Shown here: in pieces, positions 33,834-33,910 of the stretch
Numbering within the stretch: the first letter of the stretch is position 1
Layout: each line of letters opens with the position of its first letter
Assembly (NCBI RefSeq): GCF_003334355.1
Contig: NZ_QOWP01000036.1
DNA length: 33,910 nt
Strand: one strand, 5' to 3'
DNA from: Escherichia coli
GTDB lineage: Bacteria > Pseudomonadota > Gammaproteobacteria > Enterobacterales > Enterobacteriaceae
Position numbers and translations under genes: made by a program
The notes under the pieces: generated by a model
What the model saw: the letters and a program-made list of their open reading frames with translations, nothing else
What the model was told of the DNA's origin: nothing
Databases searched by the model: none

Positions 33834-33910
33834 TGAACCGCCCCGGGTTTCCTGGAGAGTGTTTTATCTGTGAACTCAGGCTGCCAGATCATCGTTTCCG
33901 ATGGAAGCAT
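33834..33910 (-). mobile_element. Terminal portion (inverted repeat plus transposase 3' end) of an IS3-family, IS629/IS1203-like insertion sequence; continues beyond the window
   Basis: Sequence starts TGAACCGCCCCGGGTTTCCTGGAG..., a 5'-TG terminus and IR that I recall for the IS629/IS1203/IS3411 group. The minus strand encodes a protein C-terminus ending ...ASIGNDDLAA-stop directly inside the IR-proximal region. Confidence 0.6.
33876..33910 (-). CDS. IS3-family transposase (OrfB), last 10 codons only; partial
   Basis: Minus-strand frame ...A-S-I-G-N-D-D-L-A-A with TGA stop at 33876..33878, consistent with an IS629-like OrfB C-terminus as remembered. Confidence 0.5.
   Translation of the reverse strand, partial: ASIGNDDLAA

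Noticed and set aside
33685-33873. 62 aa ORF crossing the gspJ/IS junction
   Set aside because: Out of frame within gspJ and runs into the IS terminal repeat; a spurious read-through frame.

Overview
This window is conserved Escherichia/Shigella-type chromosomal core (the K-12 ~74 min region), and I found no undescribed system in it. All calls rest on reading the supplied ORF translations and the sequence against remembered E. coli proteins and motifs; nothing was searched or computed. Left to right: the promoter/leader of an rRNA operon reading leftward out of the window (1-300); yrdA; the minus-strand operon smf-smg-yrdD-tsaC-aroE-yrdB; the def-fmt-rsmB-trkA operon; mscL; arfA; zntR; yhdN; then the alpha, spc and S10 ribosomal-protein operons on the minus strand (rplQ through rpsJ, including rpmJ and rpmD, which are missing from the ORF track). 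After rpsJ come gspB-gspA (minus), an AT-rich divergent regulatory region, and the type II secretion genes gspC through gspI (plus). The one non-canonical feature is at the right edge: gspJ stops after 107 codons exactly where sequence resembling the terminal inverted repeat of an IS3-family (IS629/IS1203-like) element begins, so gspJ appears to be insertionally inactivated. The many long ORFs antisense to ribosomal genes are artefacts.
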